64,000 bases of DNA from Cetorhinus maximus (lineage: Eukaryota). Position 1 is the stretch's first letter; every line of letters begins with the position of its first letter. Location of the stretch: positions 79,422,001-79,486,000 of the forward strand of contig NC_135896.1 of the NCBI RefSeq assembly GCF_964194155.1. The letters are read 5' to 3'. The notes below the pieces were generated by a model. That model worked only from the letters and a program-made list of their open reading frames with translations, was not told where the DNA came from and searched no databases. Shown here piece by piece: positions 26,075-37,802 of the stretch. The position numbers and the translations under genes were made by a program.

Positions 26075-28315
26075 GCTGCTACTATAAAGAAAAATTCTAA
26101 GGGGAGGACACACCATCCGTGGTTAACTAAAGAAGTTAAGGAAAGCATCAAACTTAAGGAAAAAGCATATAACTGCGCAAAGATGAGTGGCAGCTTAGAT
26201 GATTGATTAGAATATAAAGAACGGCAGATAATGACTGAAAGGTTAATCAGGAGAAAGAAATTATGAGTATGAGAGAAAGCTAGCTGGAAATGTAAAAATG
26301 GATAGCAGGAGTTTCTACAGGTATTTAATAAGGGAAAGAGTAAGTAAACTGAATGTTGGTCCTCCAGAGAGTGACAATGAAGAGTTAATAGTAGATAATA
26401 AAGAAATGGCAGATGAAATGAACAAATATTTTGCTTCTGTCTTCGCTATAAAGGATACAAAAAGCATTCTAGTAATAGCTGTAAATCAGGAGGTGGAAGG
26501 GAGAGGGGAACTTGGTGAAATTACAATCAATAGGGAAGCAGTATTGAGCAAACTGATGGAACTGCAGGCTGACATGTCTCCGAGCCCTGATGAACTTCAT
26601 CCTAGCGTCTTAAAAGAGGTGACTAATGAGGTAGTGGATGCATTGGCATTAATTTTCCAAAATTCACTAGATTCGGGAAGGGTTCCATCAGATTGAAAAG
26701 TAGCAAATATAACCCCTTTATTCAAGAAAACAGGAAACTATCGGGCAGTTAGCTTGGCGTCTATCGTGGGAAAGGTGTTAGAATCGATCATTTAGGAGGT
26801 TATAGCCGGGCACTTAGAGAAACTCAAGGTAATCAGGAAGAGCCAGCATGGTTTTGTGAAAGGGAAATCACGTTTAACCAATTTATTGGAACTCTTTGAA
26901 GGAGTCACATGTGCTGTGGATAAAGGGGAGCTTGTAGATGTGTTGTACTTGAATTTCCAGAAGGCATTTGATAAGATGCCACAACAAAGGTTATTGCGTA
27001 AAATAAAAGCTCATGGTGTAGGGGGTAACATATTAGCAGGATAGAAGATTGTCTGGCTGGCAGAAAACAGACAGTATGAATAAATGGGTCTTTTTCTGAT
27101 TGGCAGGACGTGACTAGTGGAGTCCTGCAGGGGTCTGTTGAGGGGCCTCTACTTTTTACAGTTTATATCAATGACTTAGATGAGGGGAGTGAAGGCTGGT
27201 AGCTAAATGTGTAGATGACACAAAGATAGGCAGGAAAGTATGTGAAGAGATAAGGAGGTTGCAGGATATAGATAGGTTGAGCGAGTGGGCAAATACCTGG
27301 TAGGTGAAGTATAATGTAGGAAAATGCGAAGTTGTTCACTTTGGCAGGAAGAATAAAAAAGCAGAGTATTACTTAAATGGAGAATGACTGCAGAATTCCA
27401 GGGTGCGGTGGGATCTAGGTCTTCTAATGCATGAGTGACAAAAAAGTTGGTATGGAGGCACAGCAAGTAATTAGGAAGGCTAATGAAATTTTTTTTTACA
27501 AGAGGAATTGAACATAAAAGTAAGGATGTTATGCTTCAGTTATACAGGACACACACACGCATACACAGACACACACACACAGACACAATAAGGGGCGTTA
27601 GAGTCCAAGGCAAAACGGTTAACGCAGTGTCCATTCACCGTCCCTGAGGAGTAGCGTTTACAGGCCGCGGCCAACTTGGGTTAACTGGTCGCTTGGATGC
27701 AGTCAGATGTAGAAGATGTTGTAATTATTACGAGAACGCGGTTTGCCGCTAGATTTTGTGGTAGAATTGGTTTCTCAAACCAGGCAACACGCTCGACACA
27801 TCTCGAATATTGTGTGCAGTTTTGGTCTTATTTAAGGAAGGATGTAAATGCATTGGAGGCGATTCAGAGGTGGTTTACTAGATTGATACCTGGAATGAAT
27901 GGGTTGTCTTATGAGGAGAGATTAGACAGACTGGTATTGTTTCTACTAGAGTTTAGAAGAGTGAGGGGTGACTTGATTGAAGTATATGAATGATTCCTCT
28001 CGTGCACAACTAAGGGGTACTGTTTTAAAATTAGGGGTTGCCTTTTTCGGACAGAGATGAGGAGAAATTTTTTTCTCTCAGAGGATTGTGCGACTTTGGA
28101 ACTCTCTGCCTCCGAAGGCAGTGGAGGCGGGTTCATTGAATATTTTTAAGGCAGAGGTAGATAGATTCTTGTCAGGCAAGGGAATCAAAGGTTATCGGAG
28201 GTAGATGGGAATTTGAAATTCGAAACACATACAGATCGGCCATGACCTTATTGAATGACAGAGCAGGCCCGAGGGGCTGACTGGCCTACTTCTACTCCTA
28301 TTTTGTATGTTCATA
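26075..28315 (+). mobile_element. CR1 LINE inserted into the Gypsy RT
   Basis: ORFs 26298-26696, 26856-27044 and 27797-27993 carry CR1 ORF2 motifs. The insertion splits Gypsy RT WSSPV|VLVSKLDG. Confidence 0.9.
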
Positions 28316-29567
28316 CAACTGGGGAACTCCAGCTACCGCTGCTAGGCTCTATTAGTTGGTTTCCAGCATGTAGTTAATCTGCTCCAGAGCCAGCTTTTCT
28401 GGACCAAGACGATAGGGATGTTGCCTTATGGAAGGGCCCTCTCCCACATGCACACCATGTAGAGCTAAAGTGGTGCAGCCTGGCTTGTCTCTACACTTGT
28501 TTTTAAATGCAATGAGCAGCCTTGTCAGGTCTCTTCACTGTTCTGCATTTAGGTATGTGAATATGGTGTCCAATTTTGCTAGAATTTCTGTGTTTGCTAG
28601 CCGGATAGCAAGATGTTCAGCGTGGGCATCAACGTACGTCTACCTCCAATTCATCCACACTGTCCCTCTCGTCCTCCAGGTCTGTTGTTGTTGGACACAC
28701 TGCTACCTGCTTTTCCCTTCTTGGCTGTGATATTGTTTTATCATGTTGACATGACACAGCCTTTGCTTTTTCCTGCAGTCTGGGGTGTCAATTAAATAGT
28801 TTACCTCCCCAAGCTTCTTTGCTACTCTGTATGGGCCACTGAACCGTGCTTTTAGAGGTTCACCCAGTATTGGTAGGAACACCAGCATGTAGTCTTCAGG
28901 CTGGAAGGTTCTGCCCTGGCACGTTTGTTTGCTTGTTTTTTCATAGCTTTATGGGAGATTTTTAAGTGTTCTCAAGCCACATCACTGCTCTCGTGAGCCG
29001 CTCACAAAATACAGTTATGTTCTAACATGGAAACTTCCTCCTTCTGTTCTAAAAAATCTCTCCTTGATTAGTTTCAGAGAACCTTTCACTTAGTGTCTGT
29101 AAACCAATTTAAACTGTGTAAAACAGTGGGCTGATTGGGTGAGTCTCTGGTAGCAAACAAAAAAGGAAAACCTTGTCCTTTATCTCACTCATGGGGATAT
29201 TCGTGGCAGTATGCTTTGATCATCGTTTTTAGGGTCTGATGGCCCCTCCTGCAACTGCGTATGATACGCTGAGGACTTTAGCTAGGTCATGCCCACGTTA
29301 CCCATGACTTCCTCAAATATTCGGGACATGAAATTTGAGCCCTGATCCAACTGGATCTTGGTGGACAGTCCATACCAGGTATAGAATTCTGATAATTCCC
29401 CCACCACTATTTTGGCAGATATAGGGAACAGCCTCTGGGAAGCGGGTAGCCACATCCATGATGGTATACTGGTAGACCCCTTTGTTTTGGGCAGGGCCCC
29501 CACACAGTCCACTAGCACCTTGCTGAATGGTTCCCCAAAAGCCTATGATTCTTGTATCATAGGTTTT

Positions 29568-29961
29568 TAAAAAATTCTTTCATGGGATGCGGGCATTGCT
29601 GGCCAGGCCAGCATTTGTTGTTCATCCTTAATTGCCCATCCTTAATTGCCCTTCAACTGAGTGGCTTGCTAGGCCATTTCAGAGGGCAGTTAAGAGTCAA
29701 CCACATTGCTGTGGATCTGGAGTCACAATTAGACCAGACCAGGTAAGGATGATAGATTTCCTTCCCTAAAGGGCATTAGCGAACCAGATTTTACGACATC
29801 AATGGTAGTTTCACGGTCGCCATTTATATTCCAGAGTTAATACCTGAATTCAAAATTCCACCAGCTGCCATAGTGGGATTTGAACCCATATCCCAAGGCA
29901 TTAGCCTGGACCGCTGGATAACTAGTTCAGTGACTTGACCACCAGGCCACCATCTCCCCCG
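29568..29961 (-). mobile_element. tRNA-derived SINE (head plus tail of the 7949-11129 LINE) inserted in the Gypsy integrase
   Basis: TSD aggtttt (29561-29567 and 29962-29968). B box GGTTCAAATCC. Body ...ctgccctctgaaatggcctagcaagccactcagttg is joined to tail aagggcaattaaggatggg... Confidence 0.88.
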
Positions 29962-30329
29962 AGGTTTTATTGCAGGCTGGGATTTTCCCACAGCCTGGCA
30001 GGTGTGGCAGGATCTGCAAAACCTTACTACTTCCTTGTAGTGGTGTAGCCAGTAAAAATGCTTGGCTTTTCGCATGCTGACATGCCCAGCCATTGGGATT
30101 TTGTGTGCCCCAGCTAATCCCACAGGTTTTTCCTGTAACCTCTAACAATTAACCTGGAGGTGTCCTGCCTTGCGGCAGTTAAAACACACCGGGTTCTTAC
30201 CTCACTGCTCTTCTCAGCAACATCCCCTCTGGCCTGAGGAGGGTCCCCTGTGTTTCCAGCTGTCCCTTCTCTCCCATGAGTGCTCAGTTTCCTAAAACTC
30301 TCCCACCTTCTATCATGCACTCATTGAGG

Positions 30330-31076
30330 CGTACGCACGCACGCACGCGCATGCACGCGCATGCACAGACACAGACACAGACACGCACACGCACACAGAC
30401 AGACACACACACACACACACACACATACACCCACCCACCAGAAATAAGGGGAGTTAGAATCCAATAAAAAAAAGGCAAAAGAATATATGGTTAAGTGTCC
30501 TTTGATTGTCATTGAGGAGTAGATTTTAAACGCTGCAGCCAATTTGGGTTAGCTGGTTTCTTGGATGCAGTCAGATGTAGAAGATGTTGCAATTATTAAG
30601 AGATCTCAGCTTGCTGGTAGGTTTGTGGTAGAGTTGGCTTCTTGAACCTGATGATACACTTATCCCAAAAGATAGGGAGAGAGAGCAGCCTTCAGCCTGT
30701 TTCCTCTGCAGAAGACTTCCTTGACACGCCTGTGTCATTAGTGGCTAGGCAGCCTTGCCTTGAAATATTTCGCCCATTGTGTATTTCCAAGAGGTTATGT
30801 CTGTCTGTGGCAGCCATTGCTTCAATATCCAGTACTTGCATTTTTAATATCTCTTCCTTCGACAGTTATGAGTTTTGATGCGTGTCTGCATTAAAGGAAA
30901 TGTCTCTCTCTTCATACACCCCTGAGGGTGATTTGTTTGTTTCTCACCTTCAACTTGAAATGTGGCCTTATATTTTTAAGTTGTTTGCTCTGTCTCAGTT
31001 CAAATTACAAAATTTCCAGTCAGTTGAAGGTTTAAAAATCATATTTTCAAAAATAATGGGGTATAGCCTTGTGACA
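30330..31076 (-). repeat. Partial 5' LTR of the Gypsy element
   Basis: Aligns to 24183-24815 and ends ...gccttgtgaca. Truncated at its (CA)/(CG)-rich microsatellite. Confidence 0.8.
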
Positions 31077-32334
31077 AGCGCTACATTGGGGCCTATGCCA
31101 GGAATTGTCAATGGAAAGCTCGGAGAAAGGTAGGTGGGTCCAAGGGAGGGTGGTGTCATTGTGACGGGGGCGGGGGGTGGTTGATATAAAAGGCTGAGGG
31201 GTGGCTTCCTGCACATTCACACCCATGCTTCGCAATGCTGTATCCCTCAATTGGGCACAGAGTGTCTGAGAATGTGGGACTCCCCCTACTAGGCTGCAGA
31301 CAGCTGTGCAGTTGCCCCACATGGTGAGTCCCCTGCCCACCGCTGGTAGAATACCAGCCGTGGCAGGATGAGGCCCTTAAGTGGCCTCATCCTGCCACGG
31401 CTGGCCCCGATATGGCCACATAAGGGCCTTAATTGGTCTCCAGGCAGTCAGGCCATCCTCAATTCTTCCCACCCAGAGATTGATCAGAGAGAGCAACGGG
31501 GTCTACTTCCTGCACCTTTTCGCCCTTTTAAATGGAGCCCCATGCCTCCACCTCACTTCTGGAGGAGAATAAAATTCTGCCAAAGTACTCATTTAGCATC
31601 TTTGCCATTCTTTACGAGCCGGTTGGTTTCTCCATCTTCATTCTTTAATTCTTCTAGTTTTTATGTTTATAAAATTCTTTAATAAAGTCTCATTTTAATT
31701 TGTACTCATCCAAGGAATCCCAGGTTTTGCTGCACTGGCTGTACTTACCAATAGAAAGGTAAGATTTAATTAATCTGATCTTCATAAACCCTCTTTTCAA
31801 AGCTTACTGAAAGAGATTTCAATTAAAGCACTGGATCATGTTTTTCATGCCCCTATAAGTTAAAGGTCAGAGAAAAAAAGTGTGCACGCCTTCTCAATCC
31901 CAGTCATTTAACACTGTGGTTGGCACTTAGATCATCCATTCAAAGAGGCATTTCCAAATAAACCCAATAAAGTACTGGGAAACTGAAGACAGCGCTAGGG
32001 ACGTGACATCAAATCTAACAGTTTTTCATTTATCCCTCCATTTCTTTTGTCAAATGTACTGTCAATCCTTTTACAGACCAGTTGTATATATGACTAGATT
32101 TAGTGTCACCCAAACTCTTATTTTTGGGTGATATAATCAATCTTATGATATTCATATTATCCCAAAGATGAGGACTGCAATTAAATCTAAAACGTGCTTG
32201 AGTAATGTGTTCCACAGCTGATGCTGTTATCATCACTCTTTGAACAATTATTTATAAAGGAACAATTGTTAGAACAAAAAGATTTAAATAGTTTAGAATT
32301 GACAGCAATGTTATGTATTGTAATATTCTAATAT

Positions 32335-34245
32335 GACAGTAGGTATGTACTCTAATTGGAAGGAAATGACTCATGGTGTTCCACAACGATCTGTGCTGGA
32401 TCCTGAACTATTCAGTATATATATTAATGATTTAGAGAATAAGGTAACTAACACATTTATCCAAGTCTGCTGATGGCACAAAGATTAGTGGCATAGTAAG
32501 TACTAAGAGGATAAAATTACATAGAGACATTGATAAAGTGAGTTGGCAAAACTAAAAGATGGATTTCAGTGCACATAAGTATTAGGTAATCTATATTGGC
32601 CCCAAAAAGATAAATGGTGAAGACCTAAGAACAGTGGAAGTCTAAGGCAATTTAAGGGACCATATATGTAGATCACTAAAATGTTGTGCTTAGGTGCAAA
32701 AAATAGTCAAAAAGCTAATGAAATGTTAGCCTTTATAAAGAGGACTAGAATATAATGAGGAGGAAGTTTACCATTGCTATAACTCTCGTTGGTTAGATCA
32801 CATCTGGTGCACTGCGTACAGTTCTGGGCATTGCACCTTAGAACGGATATCTTGACCTTGGAAGGAGTGCAGCACAGATTCATAAGAATGTAACCAGGGC
32901 TCCAAGGAATAAATTATGAGAACAAATTACATAAACTAGACTCATATTCCTTGGAATATAGAATATTAAGAGGTGCTTTAATTCAGGTTAGGATTTTGAA
33001 ACAAATTGATAGGGTAGATAGGGTGAAATACTTTCAGCTGATGGGGGGAATCCAGGAAAAAGGGTTGTAAATTTAAAATCAGAGCAAGGCCATTTAGGAG
33101 AAAAGATACATAACACACAAACGGTGGTAGAAGCATAGAATTCTCTCTCAAAAAGCAATAGATGCTAACTCAATGAATAATTTTAAATTTGAGATCAATG
33201 GTTTTTTTTGGGTTGCAGTATTACAGAAATGGAGCCAAGTCGCGTGGATGGAGTTAGGACATAGATCAGCCATGAATTTTATTTATTCGTTCATGGGATG
33301 TGAGCATCGCTGGCCAGGCCAGCATTTATTACCTATTCCTAATTGCTCTTCAGAAGGTGGTAGTGAGCTGCCTTCTTGAACCAGTGCAGTCCATGAGCAG
33401 TAGGTACACCCACAGTGCTGTTAGGGAGGGAGTTCCAGGATTTTGACCCAGTGACAGTGAAGGAACAGCGATATATTTCCAAGTCAGAGTGGTGAGTGGC
33501 TTGGAGGGAAACTTCCAATTTGTGGTGTTCCCATGTGACTGCTGTCCTTGTCCTTCTAGTTGGTAGCACTCGTGGGTTTGCAAGGTGTTTTCTAAGGAGG
33601 CTTGGTGAGATCCTGCAGTGCATCTTGTAGATGGTATACACTGCTACCACCGTGCATCAGTGATGGAGGGAGTGAATGTTTATGGATAGGGTGCCAATCA
33701 AGCAGGCTGCTTAGTCCTTGATGGTGTGAAGCTTGGAGCTGCACATATCCAGGCGAGTGGAGAGTATTCCATCGCACTCCTAACTTGTGCCTTGTAGTTG
33801 GTGGACATGCTTTGGGGAGTTAGGAGGTGAGGTACTCGCCGCAGAATTCCTAGCCCCTGACCTGCTCTTGTAGCCACAGTATTTATACAGCTAGTCCAGT
33901 CCAGTTCAGTTTCCAGTCAATGGTAACCCCCCAGGATGTTGATAGTTGAGGATTCAGGGGATGTCAAAGGGCGATGGTTAGATTCTCTCTTGTTGGAGAT
34001 GGTCATTGCCTGGCACTTGTGTGGCATGAATGTTACTTGCCATTTGTCAGCCCAAGCCTGGATATTGTCCAGGTCTTGCTGCATTTGGACATGGACTGCT
34101 TCGGTATCATAGGAGTCACAAATTGTGCTGAATATTGTGCAACTATCAGTAAACAGCCCCACTTCTGGCCTTATGATGATCTTATCAAATGGAAGGACAG
34201 TCTTGAGGGACTGAATGGCCTACTTCTGTTTCTAAGTTCCTACTT
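32335..34245 (+). mobile_element. Old CR1 fragment interrupted near its 3' end
   Basis: ggtgttccacaacgatctgtgctgga (GVPQ.SVLG) and tgcgtacagttctgggca. The tail tcagccatga|tgatcttatcaaatgg is split by the insertion at 33276-34175. Confidence 0.75.
33276..34175 (-). mobile_element. 5'-truncated copy of the tRNA-head LINE family
   Basis: Aligns to 7950-8865. ORF MQQDLDNIQAWADKWQVTFMPHKCQAMTIS. Confidence 0.88.
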
Positions 34246-34249
34246 TGAC

Positions 34250-34530
34250 TGCTGAATTGCCAGTTTTCTTCATGAATCTACCCCTCCTTCACCTCACCGC
34301 ATGTGGCAGGGCCTTTAGCCATATGGATCGCACTCGTTGAATTCCCTGCCAAAATGTCTCTACCTCTCTCTCCCCAAAAAATAAAACCACCTCAAAACCC
34401 ACCATTTTAACTATGCTCGTGTTACCCCTCTCAACCTGAGTTTTCCTTGTTCAGTGCCCATTTCTCCTTCGGCGTATTCTGTGAAATGCCATGCACTTTT
34501 TCTTACATTCAAGGCATTGTATATAACAAA
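34250..34530 (+). mobile_element. L2-type LINE 3' remnant
   Basis: ggcagggcctttagcc...gaattccctgccaaaa...tacattcaaggcattgtatataa is homologous to the reverse complement of 53420-53700. Confidence 0.55.
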
Positions 34531-35380
34531 GTTGTTGTTGCCATGCAAGGTGCTCAGTGGAGGCCAAGTTCCTTCCCACAAAATTGGCAGGAGCACCTGA
34601 TGGGAAAGTGGTTCCCAAGCTATTGTTGTAGCCTAATACCCCTGCCCCACTCTGGCCCCTTCCTGCTCACAGCACCAGCTTGGACTACCATCGGTGAGGA
34701 AATGGGAGCAGGTTACTTGTTTGCAGCGATCTGTGATGGTAGGAAACATAATAGAAGAATTACAAATGAGTTGGGGAGAGCCATGCCGGAAACACTAAAC
34801 ATTCTAGTGCATTACTTTTTTCTCTCACAGGTTTTAACTCTTGAATGGAGTCACCGAGATTTTGCAATTAAAGAATCTACTGTGCAAATCAGTAACACCA
34901 GCAACAATTAGATTAGAAATAAAGATATATTGACAACTTATCACTTGAATTGAATGGGTGTCAGACTCTCCCCAGTTTTCCCTCACAAGATGAGCTTTTA
35001 AACTTACCTGAGAAGTTGGAGGGCATTGCCATGTGGAGGTGAGGTAGTTGCTGGCGTGAAGAGAAAGGACAAATACTTGGAAAAAAACAACCTAGGTCAC
35101 TTCCATGCATTTCCTTTTGGCAGGTTACAATTCAAAGTTTTCACAAGCATAGGCATAGAATGCATACCTGTTCTTAGAACTAATGTAGAGGGATGGCACA
35201 TACTTAAGTTGGGAGGAAATTGAAAACTGAAAATTACATTTTTAAACAAAGATAAAATTGAAGTTTGTGTCGATTGATTGTAAGGAGTGAATAGGTATTA
35301 GGTTTTGCAAAAAGGATTATTCAAGCTTACTCATTACCACAATGAAAACATTACGTTTCCTTGAAAAAACAAAAAAGTAT

Positions 35381-37802
35381 TGTTATGATCCCAGCTGATG
35401 TTACTACTGGACAAGCCAGATCCCAGGATGGAACCTGGTTTGATCCTAACTTTCATTTTTTGTTTAGAAATGTGGAGGGCGGCTTTTGAACAGAGTCAGG
35501 GGAGTCAGCTGATGACCTTTTAGCAAAAGAATGTAACATTTATTAAACAAAAAAAGATGAACTATATTACAATACCCCTTCACCCACAATTATACTTTTA
35601 CAGATATGTACAGATTTGTAAGGATACATAAAGTTACAAAAGCTATCTTATAGTCTAATGTTTACAGTAAGTACACAATCCATGTAGACCAATAGGCGAC
35701 CTGTGGCCAGACACACCACACTCTGAAACCAAGTGAAAGATGCCACTCCAAACAGAGGCTAGGGATCTCTCATCAACTCCCTCCAGGCGCTTGTAATACC
35801 GTGAGCTAACCGGTCTCACTGAACTCTGTCTTTCACACAAGGGCTTCCAATCATCACTCTCAAGAATTAGCTTTGGAACCTTCTCCCAAATGATGCTTTC
35901 TCTCGGACACCTTCCACAAGGATCCACCACCAGAGTTTCGATCTCTCCTTCTGATGTTCCTCTCCCCTGGATCGCCACGTGTATTCAGCTTCGCCTTCCA
36001 CGCACTCTTTCTCAGATATTCAGCCGTGTCAACAGAACACCACTGCTTGACATGCCTGTCGTAAGGAGTCATTAACCTTTGGCTGTTTGCTCAGATCTTC
36101 TGGACTCTCACAAGCCCGTTTGCCTTGATTCTGCTCCCCGTAGCTTTCTCTGTTTGATTTGGAGCCTTTTCCTTTGCTCCTTACTCTAACTTCACTGAAC
36201 CGGATCTGTTCCTTTTTCCTGGTACCTATTCCTTGACTTAGCTATTGACTTAGGATCTTTTCTTGCCCTTACTCCCTGGTTTTGGAACATTCTGCTTTTC
36301 TTTTGGGACCTGCTCCCTGCAGCTCCCTTCCTGCCTGCTGTGGCGGTTTCTGTGGAATGGTCCCACCAACTGAACTCAAACTGCTTTTCTGCTTCTCTGT
36401 CTCTGTGGGCCCCTGTTGCTAGGCAACAGCACAGTGTTCCCTACCTTTTTTTACTTCCTTAAATCACTTAAAGGGTCATAAAAACTCATTAAAATGCAGG
36501 AATGCAAACAAACCCACAGACTTGCAGGCAATATTTTCCCATAGAAAAACTCTAAATGAAACTAGTCTCAGGTTCCAACTTTTAACCCACAAATCAAACA
36601 TATAAATTAAGCTTAAACTTAAAGCTAAAGGTCCCAGCTGATGTTACTACTGGGCAAGCCAAATCCCAGAGTGGATCATCCACAACTATGCCGTTACAGA
36701 TACTTACAGATTTGTAAGGATATAACAAGTTATAAATGCTGTCTTAGACTCTGATGTTCACAGTATGTACACGGTCCATGTAAATCCATTGGCGACCGGT
36801 GGTCAGACACACCACACTCTGAAACCAAGTGACAGATACCACCCCAAAAAGATGCTAGGGATCTCTCATCAACACCCCCCCAGATGCTTGTCCCACCACA
36901 AGCCAACTGGTCTCACTGAACTCCATCTTTCACACGAGGGCTTCCAATCTCTGCTCTTGAAGAACTCACTTTGGAATCTTCTCCCAAATGACGCTTTCTC
37001 TTGGACACCTTCCACGAGGATCCAACTCCATGGTTTCGATCTCTCCTTCTGATGTTCCTCTCCCTTGGATTGCCATATGCATTCAGCTTTGCCTTCCATG
37101 CACACTCTCTGATACTCAGCCATGTCAACAGAACACCATTTCTTCACATGCCCATCGTAAGGAGTCACTAACCTCTGGCTGTTTGCTCAGATTTTCTGGT
37201 TTCTTGCAAGCCCACTTTGCCTTGATTCTGCTCTCCGCAGCTTTCTCTCCTTGATCTGGAGCCTTTTCCCTTGCTCCTCACTTTACCTTCACTGAACAGG
37301 GTCTGTTCCTTTTTCTCGGTCCCTGTTCCTTGACTTAGCTGCCATCTTAGGATCTTTTCTTGTCCCTACTCCTGGTTTTGGGACTTCCTGCTTTTCTTTT
37401 GGGACCTGCTGCCTACAGCTCCCTTCCTGCCTGCTCTGGCAGTTTCTGTGGAATGGTCCTACCAACTGAACTCAAACTGCTTTTCTGTTTCACTGTCTCT
37501 GTGGACCCCCTGTTGCTAAGCAACAGCACAGTGTTCCCTACTTCGTTTTAACGTCCCTAAACCACTTAAAGGGTCATAAAACCTCACTAAAATGCAGGTA
37601 TACAAACAAACCCATAGACTTGCAGGCAACATTCTCCCAGAGAAAAACTCTAAATGAAACTAGTCCCAGGCTCCATGCTTTTAACCCACAAATAAATCAT
37701 ATAAATTAAACTTAAAGCTAAAACTTAACTTAAAGCTATAGCTTATTCCTAACACATACAAATACACATATAACTTACTTAAACTGTCTCTAGTTCCTAA
37801 CA
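35381..37802 (-). mobile_element. Head-to-tail LTR dimer with no internal region
   Basis: Outer termini TGTTA...TAACA, flanks gtat/atat. Two related ~1.2 kb copies (35381-36630 and 36631-37802). Confidence 0.75.

Larger units (their letters stand above)
23938..31076 (-). mobile_element. Gmr1-type Ty3/Gypsy LTR retrotransposon (INT-RT-RH order), decayed, gag/protease deleted
   Basis: Minus-strand order: INT zinc finger (AHKIPMAGH...CRSCHTCQ, ~30120-29970), INT core (LVDCVGALPKT), GPY motif (RFSGPYRV), RT (RQHPYRL, WSSP, LCIDYGKVN, PFGLRNAPAIFQRLM, YLDNL), RNase H (DASDLRVGAVLLQ). PPT at ~24816-24830. Confidence 0.85.
23684..31581. mobile_element. Probable Harbinger-type MITE split by the Gypsy insertion (arms ~23684-23937 and ~31077-31581)
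   Basis: Imperfect termini ggcgtaattt / taaaattctgcc resemble the other Harbinger TIRs in the window. GC-rich arms flank the LTRs. Confidence 0.45.

Noticed and set aside
30276-30542. ORFs with HT/CV dipeptide runs (also 24170-24571)
   Set aside because: They are translations of (CA)n microsatellites inside the LTRs.
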